Positions 1 through 13,946 of a stretch of DNA of 64,000 nucleotides are shown piece after piece; the stretch's first letter is position 1; every line of letters starts with the position of its first letter. Made by a program: the position numbers and the translations under genes. The stretch is from the human T2T-CHM13v2.0 reference genome, Homo sapiens. Below the pieces are notes generated by a model. The model saw only the letters and a program-made list of their open reading frames with translations, was not told the DNA's origin and made no database searches. The stretch is from NCBI RefSeq assembly GCF_009914755.1, contig NC_060927.1, one strand, 5' to 3'.

Positions 1-294
1 TGGCTCAGGCCTGTAATCTCAGCACTTACACTTGAGGCTGAGGGGGGCAGATCACAAGATCAGGAGATCATGACCATCCTGGCCAACATGGTGAAACCCC
101 GTCTCTACTAAAAATACAAAAATTAGCTGAGTGTGGTGGTGCGTACCTATAATCCCAGCTATCCGGGAGGCTGAGGCAGGAGAATCACTTGAACCAGGGA
201 GTCAGAGCTTGCGGTGAGCCGAGATCGTGCCACTGCACTCCAGCCTGGAGACAGAGTGAGACTCTGTCTCAAAAAAACAACAACAACAAAAAAA
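1..294 (+). mobile_element. Alu (AluS, Sc-like), 5' end cut by the window edge
   Basis: TGGCTCAGGCCTGTAATC...ACTAAAAATACAAA linker...CACTGCACTCCAGCCTGG, A/AAC tail 271-294. Confidence 0.95.
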
Positions 295-594
295 CTTTTT
301 AAAAACATGACTACAATAAAGTATAACTTTAAAAAGTTACCTTTAAGACTTAACAGTTATATTCAGAAACTAGAATTAGCTAATAAAGTTAATTTTTCAT
401 TTAGAATGGTAGATACTGGTTTGGCCTGTTTTCATAAAAAAGATGACACTTAAAATTGGTAATCTGTTTCATCATTCAAAAGCAAATAATTTCTTCTTTA
501 AACAGAGTAAGTCTTCTAGGGTCTCATTAGTTGTGTTAATTTTTTCAGGACACCCGTATCACTTATTAATGGGAAAAATGGCAATCTGTACTTC

Positions 595-734
595 TTGTCT
601 GATGGGAGGAAAATTCACATCAACAGTGCCATCTAATAGTATCTATTCACTCCATGACTTTTGGAGTGTTTTGTGTTTTGTAGCCTAAAATGCAATTAAA
701 ATAGTTATTTTATTTTGCAACAGAATCCTGTAAG
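595..734 (+). repeat. 140-bp dispersed duplication, copy 1
   Basis: Ungapped match to 3049-3188 with 8 mismatches by hand alignment. Confidence 0.95.
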
Positions 735-860
735 TTGGTTATTATCAGATTTATATTCATTTAAAGAAGAGGAGCTACAGCTCAGAGAGGTGAAGTGACG
801 TGTGTAAGCCCCGAGTCAAGCTCCAAAACAAAAATTCTGTGTCGAACTCTGGAATTTTTT
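705..860 (-). mobile_element. MIR fragment
   Basis: AATCCTGTAAG...GCTCAGAGAGGTGAAGTGAC resembles the reverse MIR core. Confidence 0.6.
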
Positions 861-1759
861 CACCTAATCATACTGTTTTTCTATGAAGTCTTCTATTAGC
901 ACCCTCTGGCAAATTTTTACACGATCCATATTTCACATGATCAAACTTTCAAGTCCCTAAGTAAAGGGGAAAGGTAAAATTGAGAATGTGTCCTGCCTTT
1001 CTAATCTGACTAGGCTGCTGATGCTCAACACGTGTTTTTAGCTTGCATCACCCACACACACGTCTTCTGACACAGCGTGCAGAGCCAGGCTAGTAATACA
1101 ATCAGAATCAGGAAGTGAAATCAAACAAACATCTCTTCCTCCCTGGAGAAAAATGACCTCTTGTTGGAGGGATTCCTCTTCCAACATAAAATTCTCTTCT
1201 GCCAGCATTAGTTACACCCACATTGTTAAGGATCTGCAGGATATATGCTTTGCTAAAACAAATATGTAACATGATTTAAAAAAATTTATAAACCTCTCTG
1301 CTACTCTTTATTCTTTTCTTTTCACCACATCAAAAAAGCTCATGCCTGACAGAATTTATTTTCATCATTTCTGTTGTCATGGCTTTTATATTTTATTATT
1401 ATGGTTAGATATAAGAAGACTTGATTCATATTACAAATCCAGAATTGATTAGTGGAACACTCAGAAACAAAACAAATTGAAATTTTAACAGTCCTCAAAG
1501 GTATTATTGCTCTTAATCAAGTGATCACTTGGAACACAATTGTTTTATGAAGAAGAGAAAATAATTTTTGAGGTTTGGAATAGAAACAATTGACCAGTGG
1601 AAAACATTTTAAAAATAATATGTTAAATTAATATGTAATTATTATAATTTAGTGATCGTTATCAGTTATTTTGTTGCTTTTCTTTTGGAAATAGAATTAC
1701 TACTCCGTCCCTCCCATCCCCCCCGCCACCCCATGTAAGTTACAATGAGAGCCTCCTCA

Positions 1760-2258
1760 TCATCTATGATCCTGACTGCTACAGTCATTGTTGGGGTGGG
1801 TCCCTGTCTCAGGCTGGTCTAATCATAGTACCCAGCACTCCTGGACACAGTGACTGGTCGAGGTGTAGAACTATGACCCAATTCAGCTTGGAAAAATCCC
1901 TCCACAAGGTTTTTGTAGCTGGGCCTGTGAGTGTTTGTTTCCTCTTTGGTCACAAGTAAATAAGGTTTACATCAGGAGCTTCTGGAAGCCAGATCTCCTA
2001 CTCCTCAGAAAGCCTGTCTGAAAGAATGTAGACTGCCTGCAGAGGGAGGCAGAAAAGAAACCTGGAGAGGGAGAGTCCTGAGAATGCCAAAGCCCATGTT
2101 GCTGCTGACCATCCAGCCAGCCCTTCCCCTTCCTTGATCATATTTTGAAAGGTAGCCAGAAATTACTTCCCTGTCACTGTTTTTGTTTCTGTTTTGCCTG
2201 TGCTGGTTTAAGTTTTGGTCATTTGCAAATAAAAAAAATCTTATGTCTAGTATATATA
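1760..2258 (+). mobile_element. Old ERVL-class LTR (LTR16/LTR33-like)
   Basis: CACAGTGACTGG...ATGACCCAA and the GGTCATTTGCAA...TACA end resemble old ERVL LTRs; subfamily uncertain. Confidence 0.45.
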
Positions 2259-2291
2259 CACAATATTTTATTTCTAACACAGAAGTAGATA

Positions 2292-2422
2292 TAGGTTAGA
2301 ATTCCTGTTCCATTCCTGTGTATCCTTGGAAAAGTAACTTAAACTCTCTAATATTTATTCGTTGTCATCTACTTATGAAATGGTTGTGTGGATTAAAGGA
2401 GATGCTGTGTGTAAAATGCATT
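2292..2422 (+). mobile_element. MIR fragment
   Basis: TGTGTATCCTTGGAAAAGTAACTTAAACTCTCT...GGTTGTGTGGATTAAAGGAGAT matches the MIR core. Confidence 0.65.
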
Positions 2423-2462
2423 ACTCTAAGCTTCTAAAAAATGCATAACTCTAAGCTTCTAA
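2413..2462 (+). repeat. 25-bp tandem duplication
   Basis: AAAATGCAT(T/A)ACTCTAAGCTTCTAA x2, one mismatch. Confidence 0.95.
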
Positions 2463-2508
2463 GTTGTACCTGCTCTTATTATTTTGTTTCCTCAGTGAGT
2501 TAAAAAAA

Positions 2509-2886
2509 TGTGGTAGATTGAAATATTGGGCCCAATACTCCATCTCTTCCTATGCCTGTCTCCTTTGTCTGTAACTTTGCAGTTTCTCCCTCTAAAGGCG
2601 GATATACTTCCTCATCCCATTGACTTTGAACTTGGCCTCATGACTTATTTTAGCCCATGGGTTGTTAGCTGACTTAACACAAGTACAGGCTTGAATAGTG
2701 CTTGTATTATAGGGTTTGCTCTCTTGTACTCTGCCATTGCCCAGAGAAAAACATATCCTGGCTGGCTCCAGGAGAGTGTGAGACGTGTGGAGCAGAGCTG
2801 CTTCAGGGGACTTATAGACCCTTGAGTCAAACACATTCTTCCTTTGAGATTTTGTGGTTACTGTACAATAATGGCTGAGTGATACA
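2509..2886 (+). mobile_element. MaLR LTR (MLT1I/J-like)
   Basis: TGTGGTAGATTG start, GACTTTGAACTTGGCCTCATGACTT, TGGAGCAGAGCTG, ends GCTGAGTGATACA. Confidence 0.7.
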
Positions 2887-3048
2887 GCAGTTAGCCACAC
2901 CCCAGTAGGTAGACTTTAACTCATACTGATTCATATAATAGAAAATCATTCAGTACAAGGGCATGTATTCTACCAATGGTAAAAACAAAACAAAACAAAC
3001 AAATAAACAAAAAACCCTATTGACTACAGATACCAGAAAAGAAAGGTT

Positions 3049-3188
3049 TTGTCTGATGGGAGGAAAATTCACATCAGCAGTGCCATCTAATAATATCTAT
3101 TCACTCCATGACTTTTGGAGTATTTTGTGCTTTGCAGCCTAAAATGCAATTAAAATAGTTATTTTATTCTTCAAAAGAATCCTGTAAG
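3049..3188 (+). repeat. 140-bp dispersed duplication, copy 2
   Basis: Matches 595-734 at 132/140. Confidence 0.95.
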
Positions 3189-3212
3189 ATATAGCAGAAA
3201 ATGACCAAGGAT

Positions 3213-3378
3213 ACTGGTTTCTAACCTACTGGGGTCATAGACTCTTGAGAACATGATTAGATCTCTGAACTCTCATGATTATGTTACAAACACAATATTG
3301 TGGGTACAATTACATGGAGCTTACAGATGTCTTAATGCCCACTGAATCTGTAATCCTCAAATTCAGATTCTTTGGTCT
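3213..3378. mobile_element. hAT-Charlie MITE relic (Charlie4z-like)
   Basis: GGTTTCTAACCT...GGGGTCATAGACTCTTGAGAA...TACAATTACATGG resembles the recalled consensus; highly decayed. Confidence 0.4.
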
Positions 3379-3867
3379 ACTGAGTCATAGTATAGAAACA
3401 CTGAGATAGCTGTGTAGCATTCAAAGTCTGCAGCTTTGACAAAAATCCTGATTCTGGGAAACTATATAGAAGTATAGTTTGCAGGGCTATGACTTAAACA
3501 GGCATTTTGGCCTCACTCTACCTGATATCCTCAGGATCATTCAATGTGAAAAATATATACATAGTAATTTTTAAATGTAATATGCGTATTCAGTTGATAT
3601 TTAGCATAGGTCATCTTATATGATTTTTTCTTCTTTTTTAAATTAATGTACTATATGTGTCTACATATGAATGCTAGCTACAAGAGTTCAGCAGAAAAAA
3701 GAATGACGGGTTGGGTGTAGCTGAGAAGTCATTTGTGAAATATGTAGTCATAAGCTTTACCTTGAGGGAAGCATGACTCTTAAGTTAGTAGGAAACATGA
3801 GAAACACCACGTGATGTGGGTATGAATTTCAGCAAATGTATATAGAGAAAAACAGACATGTCATGTA

Positions 3868-4497
3868 TTATTATGGCTAACTTTATGTATCAACTTGACT
3901 GGGCCATGGGTGTCTAGATATTTGGTTAAACATAATTCTGGGTGTGTCCGTGATGGTGTTTCTGGATGAGAATGATGAGTGGATTGAGTAAAGCAGACTG
4001 CCCTCCCCAATGGGGAGGTGAGCTTCATCCAATCTGTGGATATACTGAAGAGAACATGTAGGCTGAGTAAGGGGGATTGCTCTCTCTGCCTGTCTTTGAG
4101 GTGGGATATCAGTCTTCTCCTGCTTTCAGATTTGGACATGGTTTGGAGCTTACAACATTAACTTTCCTGCTTCTCAGACCTTTGAACTTGCCATCAGAAC
4201 TATACCATTGGCTCCTGGGTCTCTGGCTTACTGACTATAGATTTTGAGACTTAGCTTTCATAGCTGCCTCATGAGCCAATTTCTTTTAATCAATTAATCA
4301 ATCTCTTCTTTCTTCTCTCTCTCTCTGTCTTTTTCTCTCTCCCCTCCTTTATGTCTGCCTGTCTGTCTGCCTGTATCTATCTGTCTGTCTGTGTGTCTGT
4401 GTGTCTGTCTGTCTATCTATCTATCTATATCCAATAGCTAGTCATCTATCTAGATATTGGTTTCGGTTTTGTTTCTTGAAGAACCCAGACTATTACA
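3868..4497 (+). mobile_element. ERVL LTR MLT2 (MLT2C/D-like) with internal TC/TCTG/TCTA microsatellite
   Basis: ATGGCTAACTTTATGTATCAACTTGACTGGGCCA...CTGCCCTCCCCAAT...GAAGAACCCAGACTATTACA. Confidence 0.85.
4304..4428 (+). repeat. Compound (TC)n/(TCTG)n/(TCTA)n microsatellite
   Basis: Read directly from the sequence. Confidence 0.85.
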
Positions 4498-4875
4498 TGT
4501 GTTGAGTGGCATATTTTTATGAGAATGTGAATCTATTGCATAAGGTGAGATGAAGGACATTGTTTAGGTGGTAGAAATAAATAAAAGTTAGGCTAATAAA
4601 TTTAGAAACGACTGCCTAGAGGTCAGCCAGCCTTTGTGGGAAGGAAGAGATAAAACAATAGGGTAACAGTGTAGAACTTTGGTTTGGTGTGCTTCCTTTT
4701 AACCATAAGACTGAGTCTAGCCTAGAAATAGTGGGATTTTTGATTAGGCCTAGTTAAGTCTTTGTCAAAATTGTTTTGCACATTCTCTTCTTTGCCCTAC
4801 CAATAGAACCTCTGCCTTATGGTAATTGCATTAAATGAAAATAAAGTAAACAAGACTTAGGTTTAACTAGGTGAC

Positions 4876-5188
<313 letters not shown>

Positions 5189-8100
5189 TAATTAGCTTTA
5201 AAGCTTCCCTTGGAGAGAGTTTGTGCCAAAGACAGAGAGGAAAGAATTTCCGGTAACCATTGACTTGTTACTTCTTTTGCTGACTTTGGCTGGTGTCATC
5301 TTTGAGTAAAGAATCTTGGAATATTTTATTTACATTGTCTTGCTTAGGATCCTCTGCATTGCTGTTTATAAGGAAGTCCTAAAATTCTGAAACCCAGAAA
5401 TTGGGAAAAGTGAAAAGCAACTTTTCTTGTGCCGACTATTGGGAGTGCTGATTTGGGTAGAGAGGTAGATAGAGATGAGGTCGGCGAAATAAACAAGGAA
5501 CTAGTTGTGCAAGGCCTTGAATGTAAGGTTAAAAATTATCAAAAATTGTATGTATGCGTGTTGCCTTGGATTCAAGGAGTTAGGTGAAAATATTGATTTA
5601 ATGATAATCACATGAGACCATGGATTGATAAATTAGAGATAAAAAACCACATGAAATGGCAAGTGTACCCTACACCATCATGCGGACTACTGTGCTGGGA
5701 GATTCAGAAGATGTAAGTCAACAACTGTTCTTTTCTTGTATGACATCAACACACAGAACAGCACCTGTATTATAACAGCACCTGTGTATTTAAAACAGTA
5801 CTAAAGTGCCCGTGATATATTCAGAAGAAAATGACAAAGACAGAGAAACAAATAAGTAAGCACTTACATCGCCAAATTGTGTTCCCAAAAAGTAAGGGAC
5901 AATAAGTGGTTTGAAATTAAATGAATGATAAAAGTGTTGGAGAGAATGAGTGTGTGGGTAAAGACTTCCAAATTGGGGAAATTGTATGCAATAGATTGCA
6001 AGGTGAGAGAGCAGCAAAGATGTTAGCAAAGCAATAGAGTGGCAGTGGTTATGAGATTATAGGGAAACGAAGCACTAGTTATAACCACCGCTTAAGAGTT
6101 ACATCTTAAAAAGCTGAGTCACTTCAGGGACTAAAATAAAATGTCATGTGCTGATGACTGCAATGACTGCACATAGGAAGGGTGACCAGCAGCAGTGGGA
6201 AATGCAGTGAATTCATTTTGTTTGAATAGAATTTGTGGTGGGAGAAGAGTTAAAAGCAGTTTGCTACAATGTTTTAACATATCTGAAGATCAGCGGAAAG
6301 GAAGAGGGATATAAGAAAGGTGGGGAAATACAGTCTGAATTGTAAAGATGAAAGGATTGTTTCTTTTGCAGTGGAGTAAAATAGAGTTTGAGGCACTTAA
6401 TTGGTATAAGACTTTTCAGATGTAGACATAACAAGGCATGTTTCCTACACTAATGGCAAATATAGAGAAAGTAGCAAACAAAATTATTTTCTTCTGTTCT
6501 TGATTATTTAAAACTTGGAAAGAAAGGCTTAATTATGCTATAAATATCAGGTGCTGAGTAATCCTTTTCTATAACAATTTAAAAAAATAAAACATTATTT
6601 CCACAATGTCAAAAAGTTTTGAAGATTTATTGCCAGTATTAACAATATAACGAATGTATTTAAAGGGTGCAATTTTTTTGGCTCCATATTTAAAGCCTCA
6701 GCCTATATCACTCTTAATGTGATATAATATGACAGTGTTTTAAATTAATAAATAATTTACAATATTGATGTGCAAGTACAAAACCATGATGCATAACCAA
6801 GTTACTTTTTAATATGTAAAACACTGAGTTTATAGAATCTACATCTTTGAGTAATGAATGTGTTTTTCTCTTTAGCATATTGCTGTAAATCAAGTTAATC
6901 TGTGAGCAGGATAGGAAGTTACAGAAAATTTAAAATCTTCATTTAGCTTCTCTTCTTAAGGATTATGACATCTAGAAAAGCTTAAAGAGGTATTCTGTCA
7001 CATGAAACACCTTTTGCTAAAGAAAACCTTCATGTAGGAGGCAACTCCCCCTGCTGTGATGTCTGGGAACAGGGAAATCAAAATCTGTGGTTGAGAGGTG
7101 GCAAATGTGGGGGTTTTCATAGAATTAATAGGCTGAAATTATTTTCTTTTTATATCCAGGATCAGATGAGGAAACATTTTCATTGTCAATATTGTGTTGC
7201 CAAAAAGAAAATAGAAGCAATCTTCAATATTTGCATATGCAGCTCCTTCTGTCCCTTTCAAGAATTCTTTAAGTAGAATTTTGCTTTTTGTTTTATTCTA
7301 CCACATAGTGCATATTTGTTCTGCTTCAGCTTCAGTCTCATTTAATTGTATTAAAACTTTTCCATTGGGCTGGCAGAACTTCAGGATAAACCACAGTTTC
7401 AAAGGAACAGCTGCTTTTGAGTACTCAAGAGATTGAATTGTTTCAAAATTTCATCTTTTATTGTAGCAAGCAAGTGCACATAATGATTTTAAAAAGGTAC
7501 TTTTTATGGACCGTATAAACACTCAATGACATACCTGTAATATATTCAGAGTAAGATGACAGAGATAGAGAAACAACAGCCCATGCAGCACAGAATGAGC
7601 TTTGTAGCTATGCTTATTCAATTTATGAGAATGTTCAGTCTTTAAGCAATAGGCAATGCAGTCATTTTATTTCTTCAAAAGCCTGAAGCATTTTTATGTT
7701 GGATAACATCACACTTGATGGCATGGAGAAATAAATGTGTTCTTTTTATTTATCTCGTAATTATATGGGGCTGATGAATCTGGTTTCTCCTTGACCCTCT
7801 GAGGAAGTCAGTAGAGGGAGCCAGAGTTACCTTGCCAGTGGCCCTGACCTAGGACGCTTCAATCAATTAAGAAAAAGGGATGTAGCAGAGAGCCTCCTTC
7901 CTGTTTCAAACAATCGGAATAGGTGCAGTGAGGGTAGCAGAAGTTTTCTAAATGAGATATGACAAGATTTTTATTAAGTGTTTTGATGTTTCATAAAGAA
8001 AAGACTTACCATTTACAACTGAGGCCTTTATGATTTCCCATGATAAAGAGCAACATTTGTAATTTATGCAAATTAGGCATTGCATAATCTACTTATAAGC

Positions 8101-8224
8101 AGTTCTCCTTGGAAATGTGAGTTTTTGGATTTTGTAATTGTTATCTGAGGCACTGATGTGTGAGTTAGAGTACAGAAGTAGTGCACTGCTAGGTTTTGTC
8201 TTAGTTCTCAAGTTTTCTGTCCCT

Positions 8225-9197
8225 CACTACTGTCCTCTTGATGCTTGCAAAAGAATAGCCTCCTGACAGATCTCTCTGCTTCCACTCTTACTCTCTTATA
8301 CTCTGTTTTCAACATGGGAGCCAGGGTGATCCTTTACAAGTATGTTACATGTCAACAGCTCTCTTCAAAAACCTTCCAGTGGTTTCCTACTCAGAGAAAA
8401 AGCCAAAGTCCTTACAATGGCCTCTGAGATCTTCCAGCATTTGGGGACTTACAGCTCTCTATGAGTTACCTGCTGCTTTCCTCTGTTCCAGCCACTTGGC
8501 CCCCATAACTCCTCAAACACTCACGCTCATTTCTGCCTTAGCGGTTTTGCAGTGGCTGTTCCCTCTGCTGAATGCTTTTCCCACAGGTAAACACTGATTT
8601 CCTAAATCTTTGCTCAAATGTCACCTTCACAATAGACCTAGGCTACTCCTGGTTCTCCTTACTCTGCCTTATTTTTTTTTCTATAGTATGTAATCACTTT
8701 CTATCCTACTATATAATTTACTTATTTACTATGTTTATTACTTTTTGTCTGTTTCCAGCCACTAGAATTTAAGTTCCAAAGGTAAGGAATTTGTAAAAAA
8801 CAAAAAAAACTTTCATTTTCACATAATTGTTGATTCACATATAGTTGTAAGAAATAATACAAAGAGATCTTTTGTGTTAGATCCAGTGTCCCCCAATGGT
8901 AAGGTTGCAAAACTATATTATAATATCTCAACCAGAAAGTTGACACTGGCAGAATCCACTCACTTTTTTCAGATTTCACTAGTTTTACATGTATTTATTT
9001 GTGTGTGTATTTAGTATGATGCAATTTTATTACATGTAGATTACATGAATGTAGATTTGTGTAACTAATACCAGAGTGAAGATATAGCACAGCTCCCTCA
9101 GAAGGATCAACAGTAATAATTTTTTTTTGTTTTAGTTATTGATATATTCCAAAACCTCGGCACACAGTGTATGCTCATTAAATGGTCAGTAAATAAA
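8225..9197 (+). mobile_element. L2a 3' portion interrupted by an L1 fragment
   Basis: AATAGCCTCCTGAC...AAAAGCCAAAGTCCTTACAATGGCC...ACTAGAATTTAAGTTCCA; resumes near 9120 with GGCACACAGT...CTCATTAAAT. Confidence 0.75.
8810..9108 (-). mobile_element. L1MC/MD-type 3' end fragment
   Basis: GTTGTAAGAAATAATACAAAGAGATC...CCCCCAATGGTAA...TTCAGATTTCACTAGTTTTACATG. Confidence 0.75.
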
Positions 9198-9316
9198 CCA
9201 AGTTATTTTTTGAAATGGAACTTGTATAAAATATTATAAGCATTGTGTTCCTAAATAATTTGAAACCATACTCAAGTTTTTTTTAAGGTTATTGTTAATT
9301 TAAAATATATTTTTAG

Positions 9317-9670
<354 letters not shown>

Positions 9671-10904
9671 TTAAGGGCATAGAAAAGTTATTAAATATTC
9701 TTGATATTTTAACTGTATTTAAATGTAATTTTTTTTAGAAGAAAAAGACAAGTGTTTTACTGACAAGCTAACCCCATTTCATACAGAAAAATAGTATGAG
9801 AGTGAGTGTGGCAAGACTGGCAAGCCACTTTTTGATGTTACTATCCTTTCTGGAGAGGACTCATTAATATAGCAAAACTGGAATCACACAAAGTCTTCTT
9901 CCACCAGGACAATATTTTATTATTATCCACCTACGTTTTCTTGTCGTTGTGCTGATTCACTCTGTAATAACAGTGATGGTTGCTCAACTGTATTTGTCAG
10001 TTTATGAAATAGCTGAGTTGGTTGCTTAGTCTGGAAACGAGGAGAGCTTTCCTTTTTTTTGTAAAGTTCTTGGCATGTTCAGGCATTGCACTCAAAGTTT
10101 TAACCGTAATTAACACTACAACTTCATAATGCGGTGGCTAGGATAGATTACTGTGGGAAGCCTTCTAAGTTCAACAATTTCTATCAAGATAATTCTCCAA
10201 CCAATGAAATACATGAAACTTAAGGCTTATCAAATTTTTTAGAAAACAGAAAACCCCTTCCCTTTCATTGCCTACATGCAAACTTAAAAGTTTAAAAATC
10301 TAAAAGCAACCTAACTTCCTCCTATTTTTCCTTGGGTTTTGTATCTCTTATGGCCTTGGATGACATTGTTTAGTCCTGCAAGAAAAAGAAACAAAGCAAA
10401 GAAAAACTGAGAGCTCAAATAACCTTGAAATGTAGCTCTCCCTACTTAGCTATGTCTTGAGCATTTTTTTTGTTTTGAACCAGGCACATCCAATTTTGAT
10501 TAAGCCTGACTAATTTTGATAACTTCAGTTTTACACCTAGATTATAAATCTTATTAGCATAAGTAGAATGCTAAAGAAAAAGTAGCTAAATTATATGAGA
10601 TTAAAGATTTTCTAAAGCCTATGGTGTATAAATATTAAATAAGGAAATATAAGAAAATATTAGCTATCTAGCTGGGGAATTATTTAATTAGCAAAGAATA
10701 TTAAAATAAATTATAAACAAAGGATCAACAGATATGATTAACATGAAACACTTTGTATTTTTAAAATTCATATTATATACATCTAAAACAAACTATGATG
10801 GAGAAGTACTTAAAACAAAGAGATAGTTAATATATTTACTACATAAAGCATTTTTAAAACGTTCTATGCCTTAGGCATTATTTTAAGTTCTGTACATAGT
10901 TCAG

Positions 10905-11700
<796 letters not shown>

Positions 11701-11854
11701 AAAATACTTTAGTAGCACAATAACTTAGCATAAAGCCTTCAATTCAAAGTGTTCATAGAGACAGATGAACTCAGAACTCTCAAGTTTTTCAAAATTGTTA
11801 TAATAAAAGCAGCAGCAGCAACAACAAAAACACCACAACGCTGGTACTTTTATG

Positions 11855-11985
11855 ATCTCATTTTATAGATGAATAGATGGTGCAACCAAGAGGTTCCACA
11901 GAGAGGTAAAGTAACTTTTCCAAGGTTGCACAGAAAGCCATTGGTAGTGCTGGGGCCTGTACTCTTAACTCCCCATGCCATTTAT
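11855..11985 (-). mobile_element. MIR fragment
   Basis: CATTTTATAGATGA...CAGAGAGGTAAAGTAACTTTTCCAAGGTTGCACAG. Confidence 0.7.
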
Positions 11986-12499
11986 TGCCACTGTTGGTTT
12001 GAAAGAGAGTTCCAGAAAATAAACAGTACTTGGCATTCATAGAACTTGTTTTCATATACCAACTCATATACCACTGATTCGCTGTTTGGCTCTAGTTAAT
12101 TTAATAATGTAAAGATCAGTTTCCCAGTCTGAAAAGGTATGATGATGTCCATCAGTGAACCTTATACTGTATGTCAAAGCTAACAATTATAGAAGTCTAA
12201 TATATGTTAGCTCAATATGAGTATAAATTGAATACAAATATTTATCTGTATTTGACTTGGCCATTTTACTAAAGAAGATATAAACATCTTTTTAAATTTA
12301 AATATTTGACACATGTTTGAATTGGAAATAAACGCCTATCATATTGTCTTATCTTTAAATAATATTAGTAGGTGAGAGAATCAATATACTTTTACGCTAT
12401 CTCCACCCTTTTTCTTTTTAATTCCAGCTATAGCTATTTTTTAAAAATAATTTCTACATTGTGTTCAGTAACCATAATACACATGTTTATGTTTGTTTT

Positions 12500-13120
12500 A
12501 GTTACCACAAATAAAAGGAATTAATAGTCATTGCTAGTCAGTTTGCATGGTATTTCCAGACAACTCTTGGTCAGCTGAAGTTTGTCCTCTAACAGTTTAT
12601 GTAAGAGAAGTGATGGAAAATATATTCTCTGGGTTCTCACATATTCAGAAAAATTTTTCAATGGCCTTTATACTTGCACAATAGTTTGGCTAAGAATACA
12701 ATGTTTGGGTTATACTTTCTTTGTGGCTTTTGAGAATACTGCTGCAATGTTATTGAGTTGAATGTTTCTTTGTAGTCATACAAGGCCAGCCTGCTTATTT
12801 TCTCATTATGATGATGTGATTATTATACCTAGAGATCCAAGAAAGTCTTTATTTTAGAATCCCAAGATCTTACTAGGATATATCTCAAAGCTTACCATTC
12901 TGTGCCTTTTATATTTTTGGTCTGAGATACAGTACTTCCTTTCAATCAGAAAGAAACTTCTTTCTGAAAAGTTTTCTTAAAGTAAACCATTATTTATTGC
13001 CTTTCATTATTTTTCTTTATTGTGAACATCAATTATGTACATATTGTACATCTTTTGTCCATTCCCCATATTTATTATTTTCCCTCAAAAATATTTTTGA
13101 ATATTTTATTCATTTATATT
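12500..13120 (-). mobile_element. Ancient L1/HAL1 ORF1-region relic
   Basis: ATAGTTTGGCTAAGAATACAAT...CTTACTAGGATATATCTC resembles the antisense ORF1 region. Confidence 0.45.
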
Positions 13121-13309
13121 TTATGTTATTCTCTTTCCTTTGCCCTGTTCTTTATATGGCCTTCTTGGCTCACTAAAATCCCTAAAACCTAGGAGAGTGA
13201 AGCAGAATAAGTATTTACAGCACAAATAAATTATAGTGTACAGTTAAAAAAAAAACTCCTTAACTTTCTAGAGCCATAATCAAGAGGCAATAAAGAGTAA
13301 TGTTTAAGA

Positions 13310-13652
13310 ACGATGCTCCCCAACCTTTTTGGCACCAGGGGCGGGTTCCGTGGGAGACAATTTTTCCACGGGAAGTCGGGGATGGTTTCAGGATGAAACT
13401 GTTCCACCTCAGATCATCAGGCATTATTTGGATTCTTACAAGGATCACACATCCTAGAACCCTGGCATGCACAGTCCACAATAGGGTTCAGGCTCCTATG
13501 AGAATCTAATACCGCTGCTGATCTGACAGGAGGTGGAGCTCAGGTGGTACTGCTTGCTCACCTGCTGCTCACCTGCTGCTCACCTCCTGCTGTGTGGCCC
13601 ATTACTAACAGGCCACTGGACAGGTACCGGTCCATGGCCTGGGGGTTGGGGA
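13310..13652. mobile_element. MER1B (hAT-Charlie)
   Basis: CCCCAACCTTTTTGGCACCAGG...GAAACTGTTCCACCTCAGATCATCAGGCATT...GGGGGTTGGGGA; last bases of the right TIR missing. Confidence 0.9.
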
Positions 13653-13946
13653 AACTGAGCACCGCATATTCTCACTTATAAGTGGGAACTGAACAATGAG
13701 AACACATGGACACAAGGAGGGGAACAGCACACGTGGGGGCCTGTCAGAGGTGGAGTTGGGGGAGAGAGCATTAGGAAAAATAGCTAATGCATGCTGGGCT
13801 CAATACCTTGGTGATGGGTTGATAGGTGCAGCAAACCGCCATGGCATATGTTTACCTGTGTAAAGACCTGCACATCTTGCGCATGTACCCTAGGACTTAA
13901 AATAAAAATAAAAATTAGGAAAAACTTCCTAATTAAAAAATAAAAA
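13653..13946 (+). mobile_element. L1PA (older, ~PA10-16) 3' end
   Basis: CGCATATTCTCACTTATAAGTGGGA...GATAGGTGCAGCAAACC...ACTTAAAATAAAA tail. Confidence 0.9.

Noticed and set aside
1111-1120. ETS-IRF composite motif GGAAGTGAAA
   Set aside because: A single 10-mer match with no supporting context is plausible by chance in 64 kb.
9739-9807. Candidate coding exon TTTTTTAG|AAGAAAAAG...|GTGAGT
   Set aside because: Stop codons in all three frames.
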